This document shows positions 1 through 14,007 of a stretch of DNA of 64,000 nt, piece by piece (position 1 is the stretch's first letter; every line of letters begins with the position of its first letter). The notes under the pieces were generated by a model. The model had not been told where the DNA came from. It did no database searches and was given only the letters and a program-made list of their open reading frames with translations. Location: assembly GCA_050084985.1 (NCBI GenBank), contig JBITNC010000001.1:121334001-121398000 (forward strand), in the 5' to 3' direction. Source of the DNA: Nageia nagi. Lineage: Eukaryota > Plantae > Pinophyta. A program made the translations under genes and the position numbers.

Positions 1-357
1 GTTGTGCATAATACTATATGATGCTTACCATAAGCCTACACCATACATAGAAGTAACACTATGTCTACACATAACATGTAATTTGTTAAATTAATTAGCT
101 TAGAATTGATTAAGGGGACAAAATACCTAACATAATAGGGTATGTGGTCCATTTTCTTGATCAATTCTTTATAATGATTGAGAACTAAAACCTATGTGTA
201 ATTATTTTCAAATGATGTGTCTTCCATAAAATTCTTATATTCTTTTCAAGTTTCATGTACAATTGGATAATTTTATTACATTACATTACCTTGCATTATG
301 CATTCATTTTATTATATTTCTTGAACCTATAATGAAATACTATGAAAGCATGAGAAA

Positions 358-361
<4 letters not shown>

Positions 362-388
<27 letters not shown>

Positions 389-389
389 A
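362..389. repeat. (TA)n microsatellite
   Basis: Uninterrupted TA run. Confidence 0.95.
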
Positions 390-1399
390 CTTTAAGAATA
401 TAGGTTTTTAAGCAAGGTTGCAAAACCTACATTACATATTGTTCGAAACCTAAAATTATTTTTGAAGTTTTGATGAATAATCCTAGTACATTAGATATTA
501 ACTAAAAATGCATAGAGAAAAAACATATAATGGTTATTTTCATGTATTATCCAAATATTCCTTAGGTCTTGTAATATTGGTGTCTTCATTCTTTGTTACT
601 ATGATCCTTGGCTTTTTTCCGTTATGTTGATTCTTCTTATTAATAATAATATTCTTCAACATGTGCTTCTTTTTATTGTGGAGTTTCTTATTTTTTCTTC
701 TTGGATCTTAAAGAACCTAGAGAGGCCATGAAAGATGGAAGGTAGGTGGGGATGGTGTATGAGGGGCACCATTGAGGGGAAGAAGAGGGGTGTGAAGGAA
801 GGAGGAAATAGGGGAGGGAGAAGGGGAGGGAACAAGTGAAGGAATGGGGGAAGGTATGAGTATAGGAAAATAGGAATGAGAGGGTAAGGGGAGGGGAGAG
901 GGAGCTGAGGGAGTAAGTGGAGTGAGAGGTGAGGTTGATTTTATGCTCTATTTGGTACACTTGGAGATAGGGGTTTTAGTAGGAGAAGTGGAATGAATTT
1001 TGGATTTGTTAGGTTTCTTTCTTATGGTTTCAATGGTATAAGAAAGGGAGGGTTAATCTCAAGAAAATATGATTTGACATAAGGAAGAGAGTTAATGACA
1101 CAATGATAGAGTAAGGTGATAAAGCCTTGGTGAAGGGGTTTTACTTATTTCCTTAATTATTCTAGTATAATGGATTTTTCCAGATAGTTGAGATAAAAAG
1201 GAAAATAATATAGATTACTTATATGAAAATAATTTAACAAAATGAAATGGTAGCTAAATAGGGTAGAGTACCTCTTTTCAAATATAACATACTACATTAC
1301 AGCTTAGGTGATCTAGTTCCATGGGTGGGGGATGGAATACCTTTTTGAAACATAATGAAAGGTGATGTATTCATCATCTTCATTATGAATAAATATATC

Positions 1400-3520
1400 A
1401 ATATCCTCTTTTTTATACTTGTGTTACTTCATATGATATATTCAGAGAAAGCTAAGGCCTATAGCTACATCAATTGAGTTAAGAGAGATTTTAAACTTTA
1501 TCTTTTCCACTTGAACCTAGCCCTCCTTCTAGGTATTTGTGACTGCTCAAATCACCATGGGCATTACCTTAGAATAATGTATCATAAAATCATAAAACCC
1601 TCCATTATGTGGTGCTTCCCAAACCTTCACATCTTTGTTGAAATTGGAAGGAAATTTGGACTCCATTATGGGAGGTTTCCAAGGATGCAAAGTGAAAATA
1701 GAGAGGTAGGTACAACCATTTCAACTTATTAAGGGTGTTATAATTATGTTACATGCATGAGTTATATTAGTCTTATCAATTCTTAATTGGTGATCTCTTT
1801 GCTTCTAGGCTTAGATTATTGTAAGCTAGCCATGCATTTTCATGATGATATCATATTCGATGATGGGCCATGTGGGATGAGTGATGTCTCTTAAGGTTGT
1901 TGGTTGTTGAAAGCAGTTGATCAAGTTGGTTATTTTTCTCAAAGTTTATTTAATTTGAATTTTAGTTGTAGATATTGGAGGAAGGTTGCAAGATATTTGT
2001 GATCCTTCAATTTATACCCATTATTTAAGGTGGTAGGTGTAATTTCTATGCTTCTTGATTTTTATTGAAATTTAGAGGGAGGGTGCGATAGCTTTCATCT
2101 TGGCTCAAAAATGGTTTAAATTCTATCTATGATTATTTTCTATTTTCCAATGGTGCATTTTTCTAATAAGACTTTTTCCCATATTAGTTGGTTTTGTAGG
2201 ACTTTGAAATGTCCTTAATGGTCTAAAGGGATCTTGATAGTTGGTGGGATTATATGGTTTGATGACCTAAAATGATTAAGTGGGAATGAAATGGGGGGAG
2301 TTGGGGAGAGAGGGAAGGAGTGGGAGTGGGAGATGAATGGGGTCTTGTAGTTGTATTATTATCAGGAAGATCATTAGAGGTATCAAACTATCTTGCTATC
2401 TTAGGATTATTTTCTTTCATTTTTTTTAATTTGTTTCCTTCTTAGCATCAAGGTTTCTTAGTGAGGTAAATGAATTATTATTTACAACACACTGGTTACT
2501 TTATTTGGGTTATGGGTATTGTTGTATTGAGGTCTTTTTGTATGCTCCTAGGACCTATGTTTTGGTTGATATCACCTTTTACGTATTGAATTGTGATTCA
2601 TAGAGATGGATTATGAGATAGTATTAGATCTATCAAGGTATATTCTATTATTGTTCCCTAGTATGTTGTAGATGTTTAATTTTGGCATAATATGCTCATA
2701 CTCAAATTTTTTCTCCAAGAAATCATCAAATATTCTTAGTATTATTTTATTAAAAATTTCCTTGGTAAGATTGATATTGACACATAATCTTACTCTTAGT
2801 AATCTTGTTTTGTATGTTGATGTTGAGTTTATTGTAATGAGAATTCCAATTGATTTCACAATTATATTCACATTCCATAATAATGTTGGAAGTTTTGGTA
2901 GTTGAACCTAGATAGGTATAGTATAAATATTTCCTTTTTCTGGATGAAATCCTTTGTACCATTTATAGAGATAAATTCCTTTTTTTCAAAAGAACTAGGG
3001 ACCTCTTGAGAGGAATTATTCCAAATCATATTTAAATTGAATCTTACAAAGAAATTTTTTTTTTATAATTGAATATTTATATGGAATTTACCTTAGATTT
3101 TCCATTTTAGGTCAATCCATGCATGAATTTGGTCAATGTTTGGATGAAATATAGTGAATTTTTCAATGAGAGAAAATTTATTATATTGTTCTTCTATGGA
3201 ATTAGATCATTGAGGATATTGAGCTACTTAGTTCTATTTTAATTGGTCATTTCAAGTTTTAAGCAAGTATTTGATCATCACCTTAGGATTTTTGAAGTTG
3301 AAGAGACTCAACTAATCCTTTTTGTCCAAGTTTGGGTCATAGTAATCCATGGTGTAGCCATGAGGGAGGGAGAAAACTAGAAGAAGAGATAAGAGAGAAG
3401 ATAAGAAGGTGAGACCGAGAGGATAGAAGGAGAAAACATAAAGGATCAAGGGAGTGTGTAGGTAGAAGATTAGTAGGTAGGGAAGAAAGGTAGGGAGGAG
3501 GCATGATGTACATAGGGATA
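1400..3520 (-). mobile_element. Decayed L1-type LINE remnant (ORF1-like segment plus possible RNase H-like segment)
   Basis: ORF 2611-2871 (IGILITINSTS..KTRLLRVRLCVNINLTKEI) resembles the plant L1 ORF1 region after DUF4283. Minus-strand VKVWEAPHNG near 1600-1640 resembles the WxxPxxG start of LINE RNase H. A pyrimidine-rich leader lies at ~3360-3500 (minus). Many stops; boundaries approximate. Confidence 0.5.
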
Positions 3521-5439
3521 TTAGTTGGAGCAAAGATCAATAAATAAATATGTTACATTATTTTGAAAATAAGAATAAAATATATTTAAAGTATATTATG
3601 AATTTGCAATGGAACTTAAGTATGATGAAATAAATTTATTAAAATTTTATAAAAATAGATGAAATATATCATTGTTATATAAATGGAAAGAATTATTATA
3701 ATTGAAAAATAATTTTTAGAATATAGTTTGTGAGTTTGCTAAACTTTCTCAATGTTAAATAATGTGGGCTAAATGATAATCCTTGAAGGAATCAAACTAT
3801 AGAATTGATAAGTAAGGTTATGAATCACCTTGACCCATTCAAGAGTGCATCTCTCTCTTTAGCCTACAAGTAAGATCTAGTGGAAGAGCATGCAAGGATG
3901 TAACATTTTGCTTGCTAATTATTTTTACTTTGAAATTTTAGATTTTTATTTTATAATAAAAATCTTTAACAAAATAAGATATGTTATACAACATTTTTAA
4001 TGTATAAGAGGACCTAAAAGTACTAGATGGTCACCTTGCTTTACTAATATAATTAGTTTTATGTTTGAGTAACCTTTTGTGTAGAGACTTGGATTGATGA
4101 TATGGAAATAAAAGGGATTTAAAATTTCTTAGTATAGTTGATATTACTTCATTAAAGATTACTATGATTCTATGTTAATATTTTAATAAGTTACTGATTA
4201 TTTTAAATTGGGGAAATGATATGTAAAAAAATAGAATTTTAATGATTATTATGGGTTCATCTTATTTTGATTTGGTAGTAATTTAATTTTATGCATCAAT
4301 AAGTCATTAATTATATGTAGTTTTGGACTATGTTATGAAGATAAAAAGGATTATGAGTAGATGTTTTCATTTAAATTATTTTATTCTTGTGTTCATATTT
4401 AAAGCTTAAGGAAAATGTTATATATGAATCTTCCTCACTCATTGTTATGATCTCATTATAAATTTTTTATTATTATTTCCCTACTATATCAATATATAAA
4501 TGAAATAAAGATTATGAAAGGTATTTTAGTTAATACTATGAGGACCCATTATTACATTAAAGTAAAAGGGCTATTTTTATATTTCTATCTTTGACAATAA
4601 TGGAGATTATAAGAAATGCGATGAGAACACTTTCTCATTTATGCAAGGATGGTATTATGTATCATTTGAAGCAATTTTAGTTACTTGTCATTCATAGTGT
4701 GGGATAAAAAACTAATACTATGTGTCTCATGCAATGTTCAATGATTGTAAGAAAATGGTAACTTAGGAGAAAGGATATTCTATTAGTTAGCAAATATTAC
4801 TTAAACAAAATAAGTCAATTCCTATAATAGAGCACCTTAATATCATGAAATTGGAAGTTGCATGAAATGAAATCCAAAGCACATAGGCAATAAGTATGGT
4901 TTATGATAATTTTAGAATTATTATCTAATGTTAAACTTTCATGGGATTAAAAAAATTGGAACAAAACTCAAGGTTATTACAACATTTCATATTAAAAGGG
5001 TATATAAGTGTAAGATAATAAAGGATTTAATGAATTAAATGATATATGTAGAAAAGGATAAAAAAGATAATATGCTACCTAATATACTTATATTATATAA
5101 GGCTATGAAGATAAACTATGTGTTAGCATGGAACTTGTATTGAGTTCATTCATTTGGAGTTTTCCCCTTGAAGAATTATAATAAACAAAAGAAATGCCTA
5201 TTTTCATTATTGTCATTTTATATCTCTTACTATGTTTGAATTTAAATTTCTACAATCTTTTATTTATAACAAAAGGGAAACAAGTAGAAAATTATGAGGA
5301 AATGTAACAAAAATGCTATCATGATGTAATAGAAGGGTGAGCGTAGAGTAGCAAAAGTGTGGGTGAATTATTTCAAAAGTGTGATAGGTTGTTATTAAGC
5401 AAATTACAACTTAGTGAAGCTATAATATTGCTAAGATAC

Positions 5440-6990
5440 AATCAATATGGTACTAGAGCCTGAATTCTCTAATGATGAGGTTAGTATTTTGATTTCAAAA
5501 AGTATAATAGAGAAGGAAGAGGAGGGGATAAAATCAACCCTTACTGGTCATTTTGTAGGGGTATGACCCCCTCTAGATATGATTCAAAGTTGGATGAAAG
5601 CAATATGGATTAAAAAGCATGGGTATTTCTAGTTTCTCTCACAAGAGAATTTTTGTTATTCAAATTTCAATTGAAAAGACCTATAAAAAGTGATAGAGAT
5701 GGATCCATGGTTTCTTGGGAAGAAAGGATTAGTCATCAAGGATGGGAGAAAGATTTCTCCTTTGAAAGTGAAAATTTTAACCTCCTTCCAACATGGGTCT
5801 CACTACCTGAACTTCACCATCTTATTAGCACCCATGTGTTATAGCCAAAATTGCAAAAGTAATTGGATCCCTTGTCACAATTGAGTGATCAATAAGATTA
5901 AAACTTAAGTTTATAGATGCAAGATTTGTGGTTAATTTAGATATTTTCAAACCTATTATGAATGTGATAAAATTAAAAATAAGGGATGGAAGAGAATGGA
6001 TGCAACCAATTGTATATGAAAATTTACGAGTACAATGTGAAATATGTAAGAGTTATGAGCACTATACAAAGGATTGCCAGAAAAGAAGAGGAGGGATGAA
6101 GAAAGAAGAGAAATGAAAAAAATGAAAAGGAGTCTCAAGATAAATAGAAAACCATGAGTGTAAATAAGTTAAAAAAAATAAGAAAAAAATCATAAGAATA
6201 CGATAGAAACATAGACAAAATGAACCATGTTAGAAAAATAGTCAACTTCAAAAGAAGTCCAACGGAAGAAATCAAGCACAACAAACCCCTATGTAGTGTT
6301 ATTAATTTTATAAGGTATAGATAGAGAAGCAACAAATTATAATACATATTTTTTAGAATATGAGATAACAAATATGGAAGTTATGGAAGGGAAGATGGAG
6401 AAATAATAAGGAGGGTGACAAAAAAGGAAGGAATGTAGATAGTCAAGTAACAATAACATAACAAGAAGAAGGACAAGCAAGAATCCCATCAAGAAATATA
6501 CTAAACTCTATAAAAATAGCAAATGTTGGACAAATTCATCTAGGGAGACCATCCCTAGGAGAAACTAGAGAGAAACTCATTGAACATGATATAGCAAATG
6601 GAAAGCAATTAACTCTACATCAAATCAACAAATCTCATCCCACCTTTGGGTTGAATAAATGATTTCTTGATTAGAATATTCTAGTAATAAAAAGGTAGTT
6701 GAGCTATATCTCAACTATGATTTAGATGTATTTTGACTACTATTTGAGATTTTCTATTAATACAATTTGTATAGTAGTTTGCATTAGGTCTACCAACAGG
6801 TTATAGCTGCGTAGTATTTGAACTTATTTTGTTAATAGTTTTTTTAGCAAATTTTATTAGATACCATAAGGTATAGTTGGGTAGTGATTTCCTATTTTGG
6901 AAACCATTTTGTGATCAATTTATGTTTGGTTTAGACAAAACCTCTCACCACTTTTGATAATATAATTTACCCTTATTATCAAATACAATA
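5440..6990 (+). mobile_element. Decayed L1-type LINE: ORF1 with DUF4283-like region and CCHC zinc knuckle
   Basis: Fragments TLTGHFVG..PPLDMIQSWMKAIW and LLPTWVSLPEL. ORF 5928-6116 reads VNLDIFKPI..WMQPIVYENLRVQCEICKSYEHYTKDC (Cx2Cx4Hx4C). No ORF2 recognised; the 3' boundary is a guess from an AT-rich tail. Confidence 0.65.
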
Positions 6991-9900
6991 TTTTATTTAT
7001 GATTTTCTACTATTTATATTTTTTAACCATATTCATCTTCTATATTAAAATCTAATTCATATTTTTTTCTCAGTGTTTATAGAGGTCCATATAAAATCAT
7101 TTTAAGTCAAATAAAAAAATCACAAAGTTAATCCCTTTAAATATTAATGGTTTTGGAATTGATATCATACTAATTTATAATACCTTAAGAAGGTAAGACA
7201 TTGTAATGGCTACATATAATTAGTACTCCTAGAATTGAATGACAAAGGTTATTTTTTCTTGAAATCAAAATCTATTCTCAACTATTGTATATATAAGCTT
7301 TAGTTATGAAAGATCATAAAAGTCCTATTTTAGTGGGAAGGCCTTCTACAATATATACACATGGGAATAACTCCAATACCATTAATAATAGTTTCCTAAC
7401 TTCAATCATTAAAGATAAGTAAATTACTTATCAGGAATGATATGTTACATATATACTCTAGCCCACATATCATTTATCTTTGAAAAGGATTATAGGAAGG
7501 GATACATGTCACTTTCTATCATAAGGAAATACAATAATATGTAGGTGTAATGGAATGAATGATGTAAGAGAAAAATAATATAAAACATGTGTAAAGAAAA
7601 TACATGTAAGAGAATAAGATACCTAACACATTTTCATAATATAATGTCATATATGAAATCAAATAATTGCATTTATGAATTTTCTTATTAGGAGGTTATC
7701 TCCTCAAAGAGGTTTGTGATATTATAAAATGAAGTGCATATTTTCATTATTATTATTATTATTATTTTTTCTTCTATTATATTTGATTTTCCTCTTTTGT
7801 AATCTATTATTTATAGTACTTTGATATTATTCATATTAATTATTTATATCTTCTATGCATGAATCTTAGATGCAACTAACTTCCTAGTATTTGCGTATGT
7901 TCATAATAAAACATTCCAATGCCTGAAATCTACATATAGAGGGAATAAGAAACTAATGATTACTTGTATTATAGGTTTATGCTAGGTTGGTCAAACTTAT
8001 TTTCTTCATTCATGTGTTTAGATTGAATAATTATAGTTCAACCTTAATCACCTATCATAGGCAAGTGATGAAATAAATTTTCAAAAAGCTATTAAGTAAC
8101 TTTATTATTCAATTGGAAAACTTTTCAAAGGCCCCTAAGTAGTCCAAATAGTTTCTATTTAGCATAATTTAGATAAATAAACTATGAAATATTTGAATTC
8201 ACTTAACCTAAACCAAGTAAGAAATTTGATCTTAAATTTGTACATAATATTATTTTTCAGCTTCCTTAACTATTGGTACCAATGGTTTATCTCATGATTT
8301 AACTAGAGTGCTACCAAGTAGACCCATGATTTATATAGGATTTGGTATAGGTTAGAAATTTTTAACTTTTATCAATCAAATTTCAAAGTATATACCATAA
8401 AACCTAAGAAAATATAGAGTTTCTAGTAGGTAATATTTTTTGATAGTTTCCTACCTTTAAAATGACTCTCTCATTATTAAATCATCTTGGTCTTATCTAC
8501 TATGAATTGATATTTTATTTGGTATACCCAAAAAAGTGAGTTTTAGGCCTAGAAAAAGGTTACTGATTGTTTATACAAAAGGCTATTCTCACTCCAAATT
8601 TAATCATAAACCTTGAACGTTTATGCTCTTTGGCTTGCATATAGAATCTGCTAAACATTGGTGAAACAAGCTTGAATTGGTAATGGATGCTTGAATTTGG
8701 CTAACTTTGGCCTTGATTTGTCTAGCATGTATGGTTTTGGCTGATTTGAGGGATAATTGAATCAGGTTTAAGGTATAAACATTGGGCATTTATGGAGGAA
8801 TATGGAGAGAGGATAGCCACATCTATTTTTTATACCAAATAATCATTATTTTTGAAGGATGATGATGAGCTAGGTCTCTAATAAATAATTTTGAAATCAT
8901 TAGAATATTTTTTGAAGCCCCATACCAAAATGATTATCTTCTAGAGAGGATCACAATAGGCTAGATTGCTAATAGATAGTTTTTATATTTTTATATTGTT
9001 TATGTAGTTTTAATATTTATTAAGATAAGGTAGATATTATTAAGACCTTAGAAGTATCAAAATTTTTAACCTTCTCACATTGAAAATTGATAAAAATGCT
9101 ATATAATTTATTAATATACATAAAGTTTATGAGAGCTCAAGATCCAATATATTCTAAAGTCCTAGGGATAGGGATTTTAACCTAAATGAAAGGAAAAAGA
9201 AAAAATACATATATTCACTAAGCCTTGAAAAGAGATATCATACCACTTGGTATGACCTACAAGACTTATAATCTTTATTTTCTAAACTACCAAGATCTAG
9301 GGAATTTTAATCTTTGATTAGTTCATATTCCATGTAATGCTTTAATACAATTACATACAAATACTCAAATTATTATATAAAGAAGATTTTTTAAATAAAG
9401 TAAGAGTTACAAATAGGAATAGTATGAAAATATAAAACTAATATATTATGCAATATTATTAAAGATTTTTACACCATATTTGATCATTTACTATTACATA
9501 TAAGTAATAATTAAATAATGGGTTATAAGAAGTAGCAAAATCATAAGTTATGAAAGAAAAATAATAAGTTGTAGTTACATAAATTTAATTAATAAAATCA
9601 TTAAATTACTATTATCAAGATATTTCATGCTATTTCATTAAACTATCAATATTATAATAATCATAATCTATAATTGTGGACTAATGTGTGTCTTGTTTTG
9701 TAGGTAATGAGATGTCCAAGGTGTGGGTGCCAAGCCAAGGAGTGGGTTACATCATCAAGTTCCTTATAAAACCAAGATATACATAAGTCCACTATCAAGA
9801 TAGATTTAGATAACATATTCTAAGCTTGATAGTGGCATATCCCTTTTAGGTGTTCTTCAACACTGCCTTATCAAGATTAAAATTTGGATAATATGACTAT

Positions 9901-12290
9901 CTTATGCAAGCTATAATACTGATATCGCACATAATTTAACATTCTTATAGGCTTGCAAAGTGATGATCTTGATTAAGACTTAAGACTCCTCCAAAAGAGG
10001 ATTACCGACAACCTGTTCGAGGATTGATGATGTATGTTTTTCTTTGGGAAGATCGATGATGGTCCATTTCTAATAAATTGATGAGTTGTGATTTTTGTGG
10101 TATATTCATCTATTTATCCTTCATCCATGACTTTCTTCCTTTTGTCTACAATAGGTAAGTGTTCAAATCTTCATCTTGATAGACATTAGCTTGTTCCATA
10201 TTAAGTATCATTTATTTCTATTATTGTTTATGTTTTACCATTTCGATATAATGTTTTACTATTTAATTAGTACAAATTCTCATTTTACAAACCTATATAA
10301 TTCATGAAAGGAAACAAAATTATAATAAAAATTTTCTCTAATTTAACTAGAATTTTAACATACAATTAAGAGAAAGGTTTAGGAAGGTGTACAAAACTAG
10401 GGCCTAGTTATAGTATTTAATTCTATTATAGTAATATGTTGTTGAGATGAGGTGTAACAAACTTAATTATTAAATTTTATTAATGTTATTTATAATTTTG
10501 AAAATGGGTAGGACTCGAGAATCATTACTTGATTTTGTAAAAAATATAGTGGTAATTTTCATTTATAAATATTTTTTATTTCTAGATTTAAATGAAATAG
10601 AATTATTCATTTTTTGGAATTAGTGTATAAAGAGATGTAATTGTAGCATTTTTTCTATGCTTGGTTTTTGTTTTTTAATTAGTTCAATATAAGAAATTAT
10701 TGTTTGTGATTTTTTAAGTTGATATTTTTATGATATATTAGTTGAGTGTCATGTTTATGTGTTTAGCAATGTTGGTTTTATAGTTTTGATTAATATAGAT
10801 TTTCCACTATGTATGAATTTCAAATAGTGGTGGAAGGTTGATCAACCTTAGTTTAGTATAACAATGTCTTCTTAAAAGCATGTTGTATGGTATATTCTTG
10901 ACTACATGAAATAATGATATTATACTCTTAGGTCCTATCATGATTCTATGTATGATAATACTAATAATATTTTAAGTGATTATGTTAAATATTTTTATTT
11001 GAAAAATCTCTTTTGTAATCTATCTATTATAACCTACTCTTAAAAGGAAATTATTTTTTGGATGTAATACATTATTATTTATTGTCAAGCATGATATTAT
11101 TCCTTAATTGTTAGTATGAAATAGATAAGAAGGATTTATGGGATTGAGAAAGGCAAAGTATATTAATGTCCATGGGAGACCAACTCGTCTGTGGTATGAT
11201 TGTATTAGGCCATTACATAATATCTATGTCTCATAATATGAATTGAACACAGACACAAGTTTCAACAAGATAAACAGGTAACCAACTCAACCAACAACTG
11301 AGAAAGATGATGTATAATCATTTATCTAACTAATAACAAGTTGTAAGTTAATACTTGAAATGAAAGGATAAGATAATTTGAGAGGATCAAAGAGGAATAT
11401 TTGGTTTGATTACATTCTTCAAGTACATGCGAGTAAGGCTCAAAATTGAACCCTCCAAAAGACATTTTACCCTTCAATGAAGAGGCCTTCAAAATATACT
11501 TTTCATTTGACAAAATCAAATTTAGAATGCCCATCAAATAGGAAGGATAGAAAAATTTCTAAAATTTTATTTTTTAAATATATTAATTCGTGAAGTAGGA
11601 CTCAAAGCATGTTAGGAATAAGTTTAACAAGTAACAACTCATGTATGGTAAAGAACCATACACTTTATCAAAATAATCTAATCAAATCATAGAACATGAG
11701 CTAAGAGACATGGGACAACCTTCAAATTTGAAAATAGTATAATAGTTTTTCATTATAATAAAGTAAGAATTGATCAGTAGGTATCAAGGTCCAACTATAG
11801 TTTACTTCACTAAATATGAACTTCTTTAATACAATTAAATGCATGAAGTAAACCTAGGCTAAAATACATAAACCACTCAACTTGTAGTTTACTTGACTAG
11901 GCTAGCTATAAGGGGGAGATTATATGAGCAAGGAGAATGAAGGAGAAAGGAGACATGCATAACAAAAATAACTTGAAACCTAAAGTGATGGTTGATGCTC
12001 TCTTTAATTTCAATTTATCCTTTGCTTATGAAGTTTTTGGTTTATATTATGGATGAGAATTATTTTACTTCTCTTCATGGTGTGAATTGTGGCAACTAAC
12101 AAGCCTTCAATTTTGTGTAGTTTATTGAGCTATTTTAATGAAATAGACAATGAATTCTAATTCTTTGATTTCTTAATTACAAATGTATAATAATGCTTGG
12201 AGGGACATGAGTTACATGTGTAAATGGTTATATCCTAAATCTCCTTATGCTGAGGTGCTAAATGGATATATGCTAAATCTCCTTATGCTG

Positions 12291-13207
12291 AGTAGCACTG
12301 GCCTTGGAGATATCCCATCTTCCTTCTCTTCTACAAAAATGTTCCAAGAGCTCCAAACGTTGGGTTATTTCTGTGTTACTGCAGCTTACATCTATGTCTT
12401 GTTGCGTGTATGTATTATACTATCCGTCTGGTGGCGGAAGAGAAGGATGTGCAGAGATTTGGTTGAAGAATGGGAGGTGGAGTATTGGCCTCACAGGTTT
12501 AAGTACAAGGACTTGCATGTTGCCACCAAGGGGTTCGGCGACAAACAAGTTTTAGGCTGCAGTGGCTTTGGACGGGTTTACAAAGGAGTTCTTCCTTCCA
12601 ATGACCTCCAAGTTGCGGTAAAGTGCATAAGGACAGAGTCCAGTGAAGGGTAAGGAGTTAATAGCAGAGATCGATATTTAATGGAAACTTGGGCAACTTT
12701 GGGATTGCTCGTTTCTATGAGCACGACGAAAAACCGCATACTACTCGCATGATGGGAACATTTGGGTACATTGCGCCGGAACTGGTAAGCACAGGGAAGG
12801 CCACTCCCAGTAGCGATGTTTACAGCTTTGGGATTCTGTTGCTGGAAGTTGCCTGAGGACGGCCGCCTCTGAAGCACAACATCGATCCCTCGCAGATTGT
12901 ATTGCTGGATTGGGTTCGAGATCTGCATGCGAATGGCAGGCTAATGGATGCAGCGGATCCGAATCTGGGCGGTGAATATGTGGAGGATGAGATGGTTTCG
13001 AGTGTTGAGGCTGGGAATGGTTTGTTGTAGTGAAGAGGCGGAGGCGAGAGTGGACATGCGAGAGGTGGTGCAGATTCTTGAAGGCGAAGCTTCAATGGGA
13101 GATTTGGTTCCGTTTGCAGCTCAGACAGATCAGAAGACTACTTTGAATGATGATGATTTATGCAAGATGAGGTCAGGTGAAGATTGTTTGGCTTCCTGGT
13201 TGCTGTA
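12291..13207 (+). pseudogene. L-type lectin receptor kinase fragment A (TM plus internally deleted kinase)
   Basis: EEWEVEYWPHRFKYKDLHVATKGF..LGCSGFGRVYKGVLP..VAVK, then a jump at ~12670 to [47 protein letters not shown]. Lectin domain and catalytic loop are absent; frameshifts and stops present. Homologous to 23801-24157. Confidence 0.92.
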
Positions 13208-14007
13208 GGCACGATATATTCCTTGCCATGAGCAGCTGCTGTTGTTGCAGGCCCAGTGTAGTCGAGTAGATGAAATCGTTCAGTGTTTTTTTTTTAGTAC
13301 CTATTTTTAATGTGCTCTTAAAAGTTAATTAAAACCATATAATATGGGTAGAATAGAAATTGGCATCAGGCTTAACCTATTATTAATTAATAAATATTAT
13401 TACTTTTTAATAAAATAAATTATATTCCAAATATTTTAACAATCTATAATATTTATTGGTATATTTTATTTTATTTTTTAAAACTGATTATATTGACTTT
13501 ATTGTCTAAAATATATCAATAAAAAGTTTGAGTCCTTTTTCTTGCAATAATATCCATCAATAATCAAAGTTTAGGTACGAATACATATGCTTTTCTACAA
13601 CATATCATCGACATGTATGCCTTATCCCTAGTGTGTAGTCTACTCACAATAGATATTGTATTGTTTCTCTCATCTTCTTGTATTGTTTCTCTCATCTTGA
13701 TAGGTTAAGATCTTATCTCATAATTAAGATTGTACTTCACATTGATTACATCTTCTTCGATCTTAATTATTATCATTCATTACTATTATGATATATCATT
13801 TTAATTATTGTTTGTGATACTTAAATTATTTAGTTATTTGATTATCTTAAGTATCTGCAAGATAATATAAGTCTTTTAATATCATTTTAAACCAAATGAT
13901 TTGTAGTACCTATCAAAATTTGATCAAAAATGAAAATATATAAATCAAGTATTTCACTTACTATTTCTCACATAATTAAATTGCATAATGAAATTGCTAA
14001 GCTTTTT

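Noticed and set aside
688-960. Ser/Pro/Leu-rich ORFs here and at 3312-3540, 49002-49313 and 53633-53839
   Set aside because: Artefacts of purine/pyrimidine-skewed low-complexity tracts.
3600-5200. Possible transposase or other coding relic
   Set aside because: Too decayed; no motif I can identify with confidence.
7000-8960. Possible minus-strand L1 RT relics
   Set aside because: Only weak motif hints; not supportable without an HMM search.
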